The position numbers were made by a program, and so were the translations under genes. Below are positions 1 through 9,080 of a stretch of DNA of 64,000 nt, piece by piece; within the stretch, counting starts at the first letter, position 1, and the number at the start of each line of letters is the position of its first letter. The stretch covers positions 13 to 64,012 of the forward strand of contig JBOHSD010000014.1 in NCBI GenBank assembly GCA_050733075.1. Direction: 5' to 3'. The notes beneath the pieces were generated by a model. That model did not search any database and was not told where the DNA came from. It saw only the letters and a list, made by a program, of their open reading frames with translations. The DNA is from Gemmatimonadales bacterium (GTDB lineage: Bacteria; Gemmatimonadota; Gemmatimonadetes; Gemmatimonadales; GWC2-71-9).

Positions 1-50
1 AACCGTAAACGGGGGGGATGGCCCGTTTACCGTTTACCGTTCACAGTTCA
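1..50. repeat. Heptamer-array hairpin element (GTGAACG family), left arm cut by the window edge
   Basis: GTAAACG at 5-11 faces four tandem 7-mers (CCGTTTA CCGTTTA CCGTTCA CAGTTCA) at 23-50. The array ends 7 nt before the ATG at 58. Confidence 0.7.
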
Positions 51-57
51 CGCAGTT

Positions 58-1194
58 ATGATCCGACCCATGGCCCCGACACCCGTAGCCCCTCGCGCGT
101 GGCTCCACCACCTGAAAGACGAGGCTGACGCGGCCTTCCTCTACCGGGAACTGGCCCGCGCCGAGCGCGACCCCGGCAGGTCCGAGCTCTACCTGAAGCT
201 GGCCTCGGTCGAGGACCGCCACGTGGAGATGTGGCGCAAGCTCCTGGCAGACAACGGCCACCAGGTCGCGATGCCGGCGCCCTCGGCCGGGGCGCGCCTC
301 AGGGCCTGGCTGGCCCGGCGGCTGGGCAGCGGGATCCTGCTCCCGATGTTGCTGGAGGAGGAAGGCCGGGAGGTCAAAAGCTACCTGAGTCTCTACCGCA
401 GCGAGCCGGAAGGAACCGTCGGCCCCACTGCCCTGCGCCTGGCCAAGGAGTCCAAGGAGCACGCGGACACCCTGTCGCAGATGAGCGGGGCCGAGGGTGA
501 GCCCTGGCACAAGACCGGCGCCGGCGGCTTCCTCCGGAACCTGGTCTACGGGTTCAATGACGGGCTGACGGCCAACTTCGGGCTGGTGGCCGGGATGATT
601 GGCGCCCAGGGCAGTCTCCAGTCGGCCGGCCATTTGGTGGTGGTGGCCGGGGTAGCCGGTATGGTGGCCGACGCCTTGTCGATGGGATCCTCGGGGTACC
701 TCGCGGCCAAGAGCGAGCGGGAGGTATTCGAGCATGAGATCGCCATGGAGAAGGAGGAGATCCGGCTCATGCCCGAGCTGGAGCGGGAGGAGTTGAGCCT
801 GCTCTATCAGGCTAAGGGAATCCCCGCGTCGCAGGCCGGCGTCCTGGCTGCGCAGGTCATGCAGAATCCGGAGCGGGCGCTGGAGGAAAAAGTCCGAGAG
901 GAGCTCAAGATCGGCGCGGCCACCAGCACGCCCATGCGGGAAGCCTGGATAACCGGGATCGCTACCGCGTTCGGAGCTTTTATCCCGGTGGCCCCCTTCC
1001 TTTTCGAGACCGGACCGGCGGCCATCTGGGCCTCGTTTGCGCTCGCCATGGTCTCCCACTTCGGCATCGGTGCGGCTCGGAGCTTCTTTACCGGCCGGGG
1101 GGTCTTCCGCAGCGGCCTCGACATGTTCCTGGTGGGACTCGGCGTCGCCGTGGTGGGATACGTCGTCGGAGAGCAGATCGTGAAGCTTCTTTAA
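58..1194 (+). CDS. VIT1/CCC1-family iron/manganese transporter with N-terminal ferritin/rubrerythrin-like domain
   Basis: 378-aa ORF. Helical ferritin-like N-terminus (ELYLKLASVEDRHVEMW), then GFNDGLTANFGLVAG and C-terminal TM helices typical of VIT1. Confidence 0.85.
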   Translation: MIRPMAPTPVAPRAWLHHLKDEADAAFLYRELARAERDPGRSELYLKLASVEDRHVEMWRKLLADNGHQVAMPAPSAGARLRAWLARRLGSGILLPMLLEEEGREVKSYLSLYRSEPEGTVGPTALRLAKESKEHADTLSQMSGAEGEPWHKTGAGGFLRNLVYGFNDGLTANFGLVAGMIGAQGSLQSAGHLVVVAGVAGMVADALSMGSSGYLAAKSEREVFEHEIAMEKEEIRLMPELEREELSLLYQAKGIPASQAGVLAAQVMQNPERALEEKVREELKIGAATSTPMREAWITGIATAFGAFIPVAPFLFETGPAAIWASFALAMVSHFGIGAARSFFTGRGVFRSGLDMFLVGLGVAVVGYVVGEQIVKLL

Positions 1195-1219
1195 GGAGCA
1201 GCGGACCTCTCCGGGCGCT

Positions 1220-1318
1220 GCACTTCGCTCTGCCATACGGATCGCGCAAGGGGAGGCGGCCCGCGGCGTCGGCGGTGACGTCGCCGAAGGTGTCCAGGCC
1301 CAGTTCGATGTTTGTCAT
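1220..1318 (-). pseudogene. N-terminal remnant of an LLM-class (luciferase-like) flavin oxidoreductase
   Basis: The minus-strand ORF 1088..1318 opens with MTNIELGLDTFGDVTADAAGR, the characteristic N-terminus of LLM-class oxidoreductases. It then degenerates into Arg/Pro-rich sequence overlapping the VIT1 3' end. Confidence 0.4.
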
Positions 1319-1408
1319 GAGGAATCAACTGGCGGACGGTTGGGAGGGTTCCCTGGGGCCTGGCTGCGAACGGATTGTCAACACTTATGACTATGGCAAA
1401 AGCTTTAC

Positions 1409-1567
1409 CACGGAGGACACGGAAACAATACGGAGAGCACGGAGGACGTTCCAGATCGCGCGAGAACTTTTTTGGTCAACAGCACACCATTCAGTCTCTA
1501 CGTCAATGCCAGACGAACCTTGTTGGTGTGCAGTTGAACACAAACATCTTTTTCCGTGCCCTCCGTG
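1409..1567. repeat. Nested inverted-repeat element in a lower-GC non-coding patch (MITE-like or structured RNA)
   Basis: Outer arms CACGGAGGACACGGAA (1409-1424) and TTCCGTGCCCTCCGTG (1552-1567) match 15/16. The left side carries 4 ACGGAG/ACGGAA repeats. Inner arms are CAACAGCACACCA (1477-1489) and TGGTGTGCAGTTG (1524-1536). Confidence 0.5.
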
Positions 1568-1645
1568 TTAAAGTTTTGCGGAGCGTCGGCGCTCCCTCGA
1601 TCTCGACTGCCGCCTGGTTTATTGCTGGATCGAAGAACTCAAGCG

Positions 1646-2230
1646 TCAGCTATCCTGGCGCGCGTACTTCAGGCCAACGACGCCGGTGGGATACGGCGTG
1701 GCGGATACCAGGCGAAAGCTTCGGTGAAGGCCAGCGGGCAGGATCCGCTTGCCGCCGCCGAGCGTGAGCGGGTACAGCGTCAGGTGGAGCTCGTCGACGA
1801 GATCATGGGCGAGCAGCAGCGGCACCAACTGGCTGCTGCCGTCGGTCAGAATGTTCTGGCCCGACTGGGCTTTGAGCGACCGGACCGCCTCCACGACGTT
1901 GTCGCGGATGATGGTGGTGTCGCGCCAGATCGGCTTCTTCAGCGCGCGCGATACGACGTACTTCTTCGGGGCGTTCATGAGGTCTCCGAACGGATCGCCG
2001 GGCGGCATGGGCTCGAATGCCTCCCCGTGGATCTCATACGTGCGCCGGCCGAAGAGGAACGCATCGACGCTCTGCATCGCTTGAAAGAAGGCGGCGCCGA
2101 TGTCGTCGTGCCAGTAGGGGACGGTCCAGCCCCCGTGGGTGAAGCCCCCGTCGCGATCCTCGTCCTGGCCTCCGGGGGCCTGCACCACGCCATCGAGGCT
2201 GATGAACTCGTGCACGATCAGTTTTCGCAT
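1646..2230 (-). CDS. Dihydrofolate reductase family protein (RibD C-terminal domain / YyaP-like)
   Basis: MRKLIVHEFISLDGVVQAPGG...FLFGRRTYE...DELHLTLYPLTLGGGKR. Start moved to the ATG at 2230, inside ORF 1646..2353. Confidence 0.85.
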   Translation of the reverse strand: MRKLIVHEFISLDGVVQAPGGQDEDRDGGFTHGGWTVPYWHDDIGAAFFQAMQSVDAFLFGRRTYEIHGEAFEPMPPGDPFGDLMNAPKKYVVSRALKKPIWRDTTIIRDNVVEAVRSLKAQSGQNILTDGSSQLVPLLLAHDLVDELHLTLYPLTLGGGKRILPAGLHRSFRLVSATPYPTGVVGLKYARQDS

Positions 2231-2414
2231 ATCAGACTCCTTTCGGGTGCTCCAGGCATTCCCTGTAGCGACGAACGAGAAGGCCTCAGATCGACAGCGG
2301 GCGGGCCGGTCCCGCTGTCCTCCCGGGTGACATGCGGGACCTCTCAGTGACACAAATTAGGAAGTCCGTGAGGCCGGCAGCGTGAGGCCGGCTTGGTCAG
2401 GCAGGTGCGTGCTG

Positions 2415-2456
2415 AAACCGCCGCCGATAGTCCGGACTGTTGGCGGCGGTTTATTA
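2415..2456. terminator. GC-rich hairpin, possible terminator downstream of the HxlR-family gene
   Basis: Perfect 11-bp stem AAACCGCCGCC (2415-2425) / GGCGGCGGTTT (2442-2452). It is followed by TTTATTAAA on the plus strand but only UUU on the minus-strand transcript. Confidence 0.4.
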
Positions 2457-2532
2457 AACGAGTGATGCGCTTCAGTTGGCATCCGAGGCGGCTCGGCATG
2501 GTGCAACAGGCGATGACGCCTCGAGTGGGTCG

Positions 2533-3249
2533 CTATGCTGGGCGGGCGGCGACGGCGGCCCCGCCGCGCTCGACACCGGCGAATGCGCTCAGCGTGAGCC
2601 AAGTCGGGAAGGCGCGGACGAGCGACCGCGGCCCATCGAGCCGGATCAGGCCAGCACGGACGGTCTCGGCCAGCCGCACGTCACCCATCCAGACACGTGT
2701 CAGAGTCCGGAGGTCGGCGCTGACCACGATGTCGACCAGAAAACCGGGGTCCTTGAGGCAGAGGTCGACCTCCCGCCGCTCGAGCACGAGCCACCAATAT
2801 TTCGGGCAACGCATGGTCGCCGGCACCCCGCGGAAGTCGAAGCGCACGACGACCCGCTCCGGGGGCAGCGCTTCCAGGTTCACACCCCGGTGGATGTCCC
2901 ACATGAGCAGGCCCGGGTCAAGGTCACCGCGGCCGACCTGTGCCCGGGCCCACCGCTGGCCCCACTCGCCGAGGCACTCGATAAGCGGCCGCAACTCCTC
3001 ACCCGCTGCGGTGAGGTGGTATTCGCGTCCGCGGCCACGCGACCTGGGCACGCTCCGCACGATCCCGGCGTCCTCGAGCTGCTCGAGACGTCCGGCGAGG
3101 AGGGTGCGCGACATCAGGGGCACACCCCGGTGGAGGTCGCTGAAGCGACGGCTCCCGCAGAGCAGCTCGCGCAGGACGAGCGGGGTCCATCGCTCGGCGA
3201 CGATCTCGGCCGCCTTGGCGACCGGGCAGAACTGGCCGTACCCCTTCAT
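2533..3249 (-). CDS. HxlR-family transcriptional regulator with C-terminal extension
   Basis: FCPVAKAAEIVAERWTPLVLRELLCGSRRFSDLHRGVPLMSRTLLAGRLEQLEDAGIV is a canonical HxlR winged helix. Divergent from an oxidoreductase gene. Confidence 0.9.
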   Translation of the reverse strand: MKGYGQFCPVAKAAEIVAERWTPLVLRELLCGSRRFSDLHRGVPLMSRTLLAGRLEQLEDAGIVRSVPRSRGRGREYHLTAAGEELRPLIECLGEWGQRWARAQVGRGDLDPGLLMWDIHRGVNLEALPPERVVVRFDFRGVPATMRCPKYWWLVLERREVDLCLKDPGFLVDIVVSADLRTLTRVWMGDVRLAETVRAGLIRLDGPRSLVRAFPTWLTLSAFAGVERGGAAVAARPA

Positions 3250-3353
3250 CCTGGCCCGAGAATAGCGAACGGCGGAGGGCGTCGCAAGTCCATTTTTTGT
3301 GCTTTACCGCCCGGCCGGCCTGAGCTATCCTGTCGGTCACCAGGAGGTGCCCT

Positions 3354-4778
3354 ATGGTTGCTCCATCAGCTCTCGCGTCCGAGCGTCGCGACGCCCCCGC
3401 GCTCGACGATGCGGCCCTCGCCGACCTCGCGCGACACTTCCATGGAGAGCTCATCCGTCCCGGCGACCCGCAGTACGACGCCGCCCGCGCGATCTGGAAC
3501 GGTGCGATCGATCGTCATCCCGGGCTCGTCGCGCGCTGCACCGGCGCCGCCGATGTCCGGGCCGCCGTCCGTTTCGCGCGGGAGCGCGGTTTGCTTGTGG
3601 CTGTGCGAGGCGGCGGCCACAACGTCGCCGGCACCGCGGTGTGTGACGGCGGGCTGGTGATCGATCTCTCACCGATGAAGGGCCTGTGGGTCGATCCGGC
3701 GGGCCGAACGGCGCGAGCGCAGGCGGGACTCCTCTGGGGCGAGTTCGACCGCGAGACCCAGGCCTTCGGGCTCGCCGCGCCCGGCGGGATCATCACCCAC
3801 ACCGGCATCGCGGGCCTCACGCTCGGCGGGGGGCTCGGCTGGCTGATGCGCCGACACGGACTGGCCGCCGACAACGTCCTGTCGGCCGATGTCGTCACCG
3901 CCGACGGCGACTTCCTTAGCGCCAGCGCTGAGGAGCACGCCGACCTTTTCTGGGGGCTCCGCGGTGGCGGCGGCAACTTCGGGGTGGTCACGTCCTTCGA
4001 GTATCGTCTGCACCCCGTCGGACCGATCGTCCTCGCCGGCGTGATGCTCTACCCAGCCGCGAAGGCCCGCGAGGTCCTGGGCCTCTACCGCGACTTCATC
4101 GGGAGCGCGCCCGACGAGCTCACGACCATCGTGGTTCTCCGGATGGCGCCGCCCGCGCCCTTCCTTCCTCCGTGGGTGCACGGGCAACCCGTCGTGGTCA
4201 TCGGCGTGTGCTACGCGGGCTCGGTGGAGGAGGGCGAGCGAGCGGTTGCCCCGCTGCGGCGGTTCGGCGAGCCACTGGTGGACCTGATCCGGCCGACGCC
4301 GTACGTCTCACACCAGGCGCTCTTCGACCCCACCGCGCCCCACGGGCTCGGCTACTACTGGAAATCGGAGTACGTGCCGTCGCTGAGCGATGCCCTCATC
4401 GACACGCTCGCCGAGCGGGCCTGGGGGGTCCCGACGCCGGAGTCCTACACCATCATCTTCCACCTGGGCGGCGCAGTCGGTCGCCAGGATCCGGAGGGAT
4501 CGGCCTTCGAAGACCGGCGGGCCGCCCATGCGGTGAACATCGACGCCGTCTGGTCCGAGCCCGACCGAGCGTCCGCGTGCATCGCGTGGACCCGGGAGCT
4601 GTGGGAGGCGGTGCGTCCGTATTCCACGGGCCGGGTCTACGTGAACTTTCTCGGGGAGGAGGGGCAGGACCGAGTGCGGGCGGCCTACGGCGAGGCCAAG
4701 TACGAGCGGCTCCGCGCGCTCAAGCGCAAGCACGACCCGACGAACTTTTTCCGGCTGAACCAGAATATCCGACCGTAG
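3354..4778 (+). CDS. FAD-binding oxidoreductase (PCMH-type FAD domain plus BBE-like C-terminus)
   Basis: VAVRGGGHNVAG, GGLGWLMRRHGLAADN, LFWGLRGGGGNFGVVTSFEYRL, and a C-terminal YERLRALKRKHDPTNFFRLNQNI tail. Confidence 0.9.
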   Translation: MVAPSALASERRDAPALDDAALADLARHFHGELIRPGDPQYDAARAIWNGAIDRHPGLVARCTGAADVRAAVRFARERGLLVAVRGGGHNVAGTAVCDGGLVIDLSPMKGLWVDPAGRTARAQAGLLWGEFDRETQAFGLAAPGGIITHTGIAGLTLGGGLGWLMRRHGLAADNVLSADVVTADGDFLSASAEEHADLFWGLRGGGGNFGVVTSFEYRLHPVGPIVLAGVMLYPAAKAREVLGLYRDFIGSAPDELTTIVVLRMAPPAPFLPPWVHGQPVVVIGVCYAGSVEEGERAVAPLRRFGEPLVDLIRPTPYVSHQALFDPTAPHGLGYYWKSEYVPSLSDALIDTLAERAWGVPTPESYTIIFHLGGAVGRQDPEGSAFEDRRAAHAVNIDAVWSEPDRASACIAWTRELWEAVRPYSTGRVYVNFLGEEGQDRVRAAYGEAKYERLRALKRKHDPTNFFRLNQNIRP

Positions 4779-5356
4779 ATCGGGCTGCGCACCGGGGACA
4801 CTTCATGCCGGGGCCTCCCCTGGGCGACGTGAGAACCGAACGGCCGGCTCCACAACCGGCCGCCGATCTGATGGTCACCTTCGCACAGGCCGCCGCAGAC
4901 GTTTGGGCACACGAGCTACAGCCGGATTACCGCACAGTCCGTAGCCGTGGTAGGTGAAGTACGGCCTCTCACACTCGGGTTGGACCAGTTGGTCCATATG
5001 CTTGACAATTTCGAACGCGGCGGTCGCGCCGGGAAACGTCGGACGCACGGCGCACGTCGGCGCGACGCGGGAGCTCCGAGCGGTCTCCTCGGAGATCGTG
5101 GGAGCCGTGCGGGTGATGACGGCAGGAACCGGCAGCGGTTCGCCGAGGATGGGCAGCTGCTGGGCTCCTGGATCAGCGCGAGCACGGTGCTGGGACCCCG
5201 CAGCCTGGTACGGAGTCGGAAGGAGGGACGCCGGCTGGCGGGGAGGTGAGGCCGGCCGCACCCGCCTTCGTGGGCGGCTTCTCTCCTTGTTCCCTCCCGA
5301 ATCGCGTCCTACCTTTTCTCGCGGCAGCATCCAGACCCACCATACCAGGAGGCTCC

Positions 5357-6688
5357 ATGTCGCTCACCCGGCGTCAGTTGATCGCAGGGGGGACGCTCAC
5401 GGCCGCGGCTGGTGCATTCGCCCCGGTGCTGAGCTTCACTGATAAACTCCGGCCCGCGCTTACCCTGTGGACCGATCCGAGTGACTGGCAATCGGTGCGG
5501 GAGCAGTTCGAGCTCGATCCGGCCTACATCCATCTCGGCCTGTTTTACCTCGCGTCCCATCCCCGGCCGGTTCGCGAAGCCATCGAGCGGCTTCGCCGGC
5601 GGCTCGACCAGAATCCCTTTCTCACCGTAGAGCGGGGGATGTTCGAGGACACGCCACGGGCCTACGATGCGGTGACGGCGGCGCTGGCTCGCTACACCGG
5701 TGCCGATGCCCGCGACTTCGCGCTCACCAGCAACACCACCACCGGCCTCTCGGTCATTTATCACGGCCTTCCGCTCAAGCCGGGGGACGAGGTCCTGACC
5801 ACCGATCAGGATCACTATGTCCAGCACGAGTCCATCCGCCTGGCGACGGAGCGGACCGGAGCCACCTGGCGAAAGATTCCGATCTTCGGCTCGTACGACA
5901 CGATCTCGGCGGACGAGGTCGTCGATCGGATCCGAAAGGGCATCGGGCCCAAGACCCGGGTGGTGGGAATCACCTGGGTGCACTCGTCCATCGGGCTGAG
6001 GATGCCGGTTCGCCGGATCGCGGACGCCATCGCCGAGGCGAATACGAAGCGCGGTCAAGCCGATCGCATCCTGCTGGTGGTGGACGGAGTGCATGGATTC
6101 GGCGTCGAGGACCCGAGACTCGGCGAGTTGGGAGCGGACCTCTTCGCGGCGGGCCTGCACAAGTGGATCTTTGCGCCCCGGGGGACCGGGTTCGTGTGGG
6201 CCAGGCCGGAAGTCTGGGCCACCATGAGGCCGCTCATCCCCACTTTCCAGACCCTGGACCTGTTCAACGAGTGGGCCGCCGGGCACCCGCCCCGGGTGCG
6301 GGCCCACGCGGCCATGTTCTCTCCCGGCGGGTTCCAGGCGTACGAGCACCACTGGACGGTGCCGGCTGCCATCGAGTTCCACGAGAGGATCGGTCCGGCC
6401 CGGATCACCGAGCGCATCCACGCGCTGAACGGGCAAATGCGCGAGGGCTTGAGCAAGATGCCTCATGTGGTGACCTACACCCCGGCGGCGCCGGAGCTGA
6501 GCTCGGGGATGGTCTGCTTCGATGTGAAGGGGCTCAAGGCCAAGGAGACTGTGGAGCGGCTGCTGAGGATGAAGATCCTGGCCTCGACTACACCGTATGG
6601 GGTGCCGTTTGCGCGGGTCGCCTGCGGGATCATGAACACGCCGGCAGAGGTGGAGAGCACGCTGCGCGCAGTTCGGGGGTTGGCGTGA
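5357..6688 (+). CDS. Class V aminotransferase-fold PLP enzyme (isopenicillin-N-epimerase/cysteine desulfurase-like) with Tat-type signal
   Basis: AGGAGG lies upstream of the ATG at 5357. N-terminus MSLTRRQLIAGGTLTAAAGAFAP is a twin-arginine motif. AGLHKW lysine region follows. Confidence 0.8.
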   Translation: MSLTRRQLIAGGTLTAAAGAFAPVLSFTDKLRPALTLWTDPSDWQSVREQFELDPAYIHLGLFYLASHPRPVREAIERLRRRLDQNPFLTVERGMFEDTPRAYDAVTAALARYTGADARDFALTSNTTTGLSVIYHGLPLKPGDEVLTTDQDHYVQHESIRLATERTGATWRKIPIFGSYDTISADEVVDRIRKGIGPKTRVVGITWVHSSIGLRMPVRRIADAIAEANTKRGQADRILLVVDGVHGFGVEDPRLGELGADLFAAGLHKWIFAPRGTGFVWARPEVWATMRPLIPTFQTLDLFNEWAAGHPPRVRAHAAMFSPGGFQAYEHHWTVPAAIEFHERIGPARITERIHALNGQMREGLSKMPHVVTYTPAAPELSSGMVCFDVKGLKAKETVERLLRMKILASTTPYGVPFARVACGIMNTPAEVESTLRAVRGLA

Positions 6689-6729
6689 GGTCGAGCCAGG
6701 ATCCCTAGACTCCGCTAAAGCCATCCCAT

Positions 6730-6790
6730 GTCACCCTGACCCCTCGGGCAGCGAGGGGAGGAGACCGAAGCTTCGGGTTCGCACCGAGCC
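6730..6790. repeat. Degenerate copy of the GTCACCCTGA... palindromic REP-like element
   Basis: GTCACCCTGA is followed by small hairpins CCCCTCG/CGAGGGG and the palindrome CCGAAGCTTCGG. Related to the full element at 51806-51896. Confidence 0.35.
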
Positions 6791-6945
6791 CTTAAAGCCT
6801 GACCGTTCATGGGCAGGCTCCGGCTGAGCGCAAGGGGTGTGGCGGGGGGAAGTCGGCGCTTGAAGCCGGAGAGCCTGCCCCGAGCTGTGCGAGGGGGGCT
6901 CGGTCCAGGGGCGCTGGCCGAGGGATGGGGGCTAGTTTGACCCGC

Positions 6946-7494
6946 TCAGATGGGCCGAAAGAGCTCCTGGAGGGAGAGCACGAACGGGTGGGCCGCTCCG
7001 GCGGGATGCCAGATGAGACGCTCACGTTCCACCTTGGGGAAGGTGTCGGCCGGCGACCAGGTCTCCACCTGGTGGTCGTCGGGATCGACGATCCAGTAGC
7101 ACGGAATATTCTGCCGCTGGTACTCCACTCGCTTGGTGAATCGGTCAGCCCGGCGGGATGAGGGGCTCAGCACCTCCACGACGAGTAACAGGGTCTTCAC
7201 CCTTGCCCAGTCGAGCGTGCGCACCTCCTCGAACGGAGCTACGAAAACGTCCGGTTCGACCAGGCTATCGGGACCCCAGGAGATATCGGAGCGCGAACCG
7301 AACACGTGGCCAATCGGATTATCGCGGAGGTAGACATCGAGGGCAGCGGTCAGGCGAACTACCATGACCTCGTGCCAGATCCGCGGAGCTGGGGTCACCA
7401 GCAACTCCCCACGGACGGTCTCGTACTTGTTCCCGTCCTCCGGGAGCGCCCGGACCATCTCGGCGGTGTAAAAGATCGGCGCTGCCATACCCAT
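6946..7494 (-). CDS. Uma2-family (DUF820) endonuclease
   Basis: YETVRGELLVTPAP...EPDVFV...LLVVEVLSPSS...D...K...Y...IPCYWIVDP shows the PD-(D/E)xK Uma2 pattern. Start uncertain (7494, 7487 or 7575). Confidence 0.85.
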   Translation of the reverse strand: MGMAAPIFYTAEMVRALPEDGNKYETVRGELLVTPAPRIWHEVMVVRLTAALDVYLRDNPIGHVFGSRSDISWGPDSLVEPDVFVAPFEEVRTLDWARVKTLLLVVEVLSPSSRRADRFTKRVEYQRQNIPCYWIVDPDDHQVETWSPADTFPKVERERLIWHPAGAAHPFVLSLQELFRPI

Positions 7495-7722
7495 ACGATG
7501 TTCTCCTCGGCGGCTGAGACGCAAGATCCGGCCATAGCTTAAGCTGCCGGGCTCGACCCTCCGCTCCATCACCATTTTCGCGCGATCATTACGATGCGGC
7601 CGCGGCCGCTAACTCTCATCGCGGCCCGACCCGCCGCAATCCCACCGCTGTCATACCCTTCCACTAATCTCTCCTCACGATCTCACCAGCAATCAGCCCG
7701 TCTTCAGCCTCGGGGGAGCCCC

Positions 7723-8169
7723 ATGTCTAAGTCAGTCGGCGTACTCCTGCTGTTTGCGCTTGCAGCTGCCGGTTGCGGGGACGACAGTACCGGTCCCAGC
7801 GAAGCCAATCTGGCCGGGGCGTGGACCCTGAGCGCCACCAACGTCTCGGGCCAGGGTGTGAGCTGCAATCTCAGCCCGACCCCGGTCACCATCAGCCAGA
7901 GCGGCACCACCTTTACCGGGACCTATGGCCCCGGCACCGTCACCTGTGTGTCGGGGACCGAATCGGTGAGCTTCTCCGTGCAGGGGAGTGTCGTCAACGG
8001 GTCGGTCAGCGGGAATGCGGTCCAGTTCGATCTCGACACCCAGGACGTCCACCATACCGGCAGCCTGAGCGGCAACTCGATGAGCGGCACGGTCCGATGG
8101 ACGATCGATTTCGGCGGTGACATCGGGATAGTCACCCTGAACGGCAACTGGGCCGCCGCTCGGCAGTGA
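7723..8169 (+). CDS. Hypothetical lipoprotein
   Basis: MSKSVGVLLLFALAAAGCGDD carries a lipobox, followed by a Ser/Gly/Thr-rich beta-type sequence. Confidence 0.65.
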   Translation: MSKSVGVLLLFALAAAGCGDDSTGPSEANLAGAWTLSATNVSGQGVSCNLSPTPVTISQSGTTFTGTYGPGTVTCVSGTESVSFSVQGSVVNGSVSGNAVQFDLDTQDVHHTGSLSGNSMSGTVRWTIDFGGDIGIVTLNGNWAAARQ

Positions 8170-8242
8170 GGCCTGCTGTCACACCCCCAACGTATCCTGC
8201 TCCTCCCAAGCTGGACCATCTATTACAACCGGGAGAGCACTC

Positions 8243-8725
8243 ATGATCTCGACACGTTGGATCAAGCTCATCGCGCTGGTACTGGCGGTCGGTGTGGCCG
8301 GAGCCGCATGCGCTACCCTGATGCAGGGCACCAGCCAGGAGCTGTCGATCGGGAGCTCGCCGACGGGCGCTAGGGTCATCGTGGACGGCAGCGAGGCCGG
8401 CAAGACGCCCTTCGTGGCGAGCCTTAAGCGCAAGGACAAGCATGTGGTCCGGCTCGAGATGGACGGCTACAAGCCATACGAGCTTGCCCTCTCGCGCGGG
8501 ACCAGTGGCTGGGTGTGGGGAAACCTGGTCTTCGGTGGCTTACCGGGGTTGGCCATCGATGCGATCACCGGCGGTCTCTACAAGCTCAAACCGGAACAGG
8601 TGCAGGCGACGCTCGAAAGCGCCACCACCGCCTATCAGGACGGCGGCGATATGATCGTAGTCGCTGTCGTGCTGCACCCGGATCCAGAGTGGCAGCGAGT
8701 GGGACAGCTGTCGCGGGAGAACTAG
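8243..8725 (+). CDS. PEGA-domain lipoprotein
   Basis: The signal ends in GAACA. SSPTGARVIVDGSEAGKTPFVASL is a PEGA-like motif. GGLPGLAIDAITGG lies in a C-terminal segment. Confidence 0.75.
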   Translation: MISTRWIKLIALVLAVGVAGAACATLMQGTSQELSIGSSPTGARVIVDGSEAGKTPFVASLKRKDKHVVRLEMDGYKPYELALSRGTSGWVWGNLVFGGLPGLAIDAITGGLYKLKPEQVQATLESATTAYQDGGDMIVVAVVLHPDPEWQRVGQLSREN

Positions 8726-8948
8726 CCGCGGGAGCATGAGGAAAGGGCAGAGCGATGGCTAAAAGGTTGACCGCAAGCGGAGACGGAGCGGAGGGCCTGG
8801 CGTCCTGGATTTCCGGGCTCACGATTGGGCCCCCGCAACGTGTGGGGGAGCTTACCCTCGTGCCCCTGTCTCACGATCGCGTGCCCTCTTTTTACCTCAG
8901 CTTTAGAGTCTGGACCCCCGGACCACACCGGGGGTTTGCGGCTACCGT

Positions 8949-9080
8949 CTAGTGGTAGTCCGTGATTTCTACAGCCTCTGCCCCGTCCTGCCAGACGAAA
9001 CAGATGCGGTACTGATCGTTGATGCGGATCGCGTGCTGCCCTTCGCGATCATCCTCTTCCCGAGAAAATCCCTCCGTCTC
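8949..9080 (-). pseudogene. C-terminal remnant of a HigB/RelE-type toxin (plasmid maintenance killer family)
   Basis: A stop-to-stop frame encodes ...REGQHAIRINDQYRICFVWQDGAEAVEITDYH*, matching the conserved HigB C-terminus. No start codon; in-frame TGA at 9081-9083. Confidence 0.55.

Noticed and set aside
34-1236. Very long ORFs antisense to confidently identified genes: 34..1236(-), 5309..6724(-), 10119..11699(+), 26039..27037(+), 35721..36707(+), 41078..42322(-), 52105..53382(+), 61233..62657(-), and the 5' two-thirds of 62312..63808(+).
   Set aside because: Their translations are Arg/Pro/Gly/Ala-rich low-complexity sequence typical of the wrong frame in GC-rich DNA. Each fully overlaps a gene with clear family motifs on the other strand or frame.
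8722-8948. A HigA antitoxin downstream of the HigB remnant.
   Set aside because: None of the three minus-strand frames gives an HTH/XRE-like sequence. The only ORF (8722..8928) is low-complexity.
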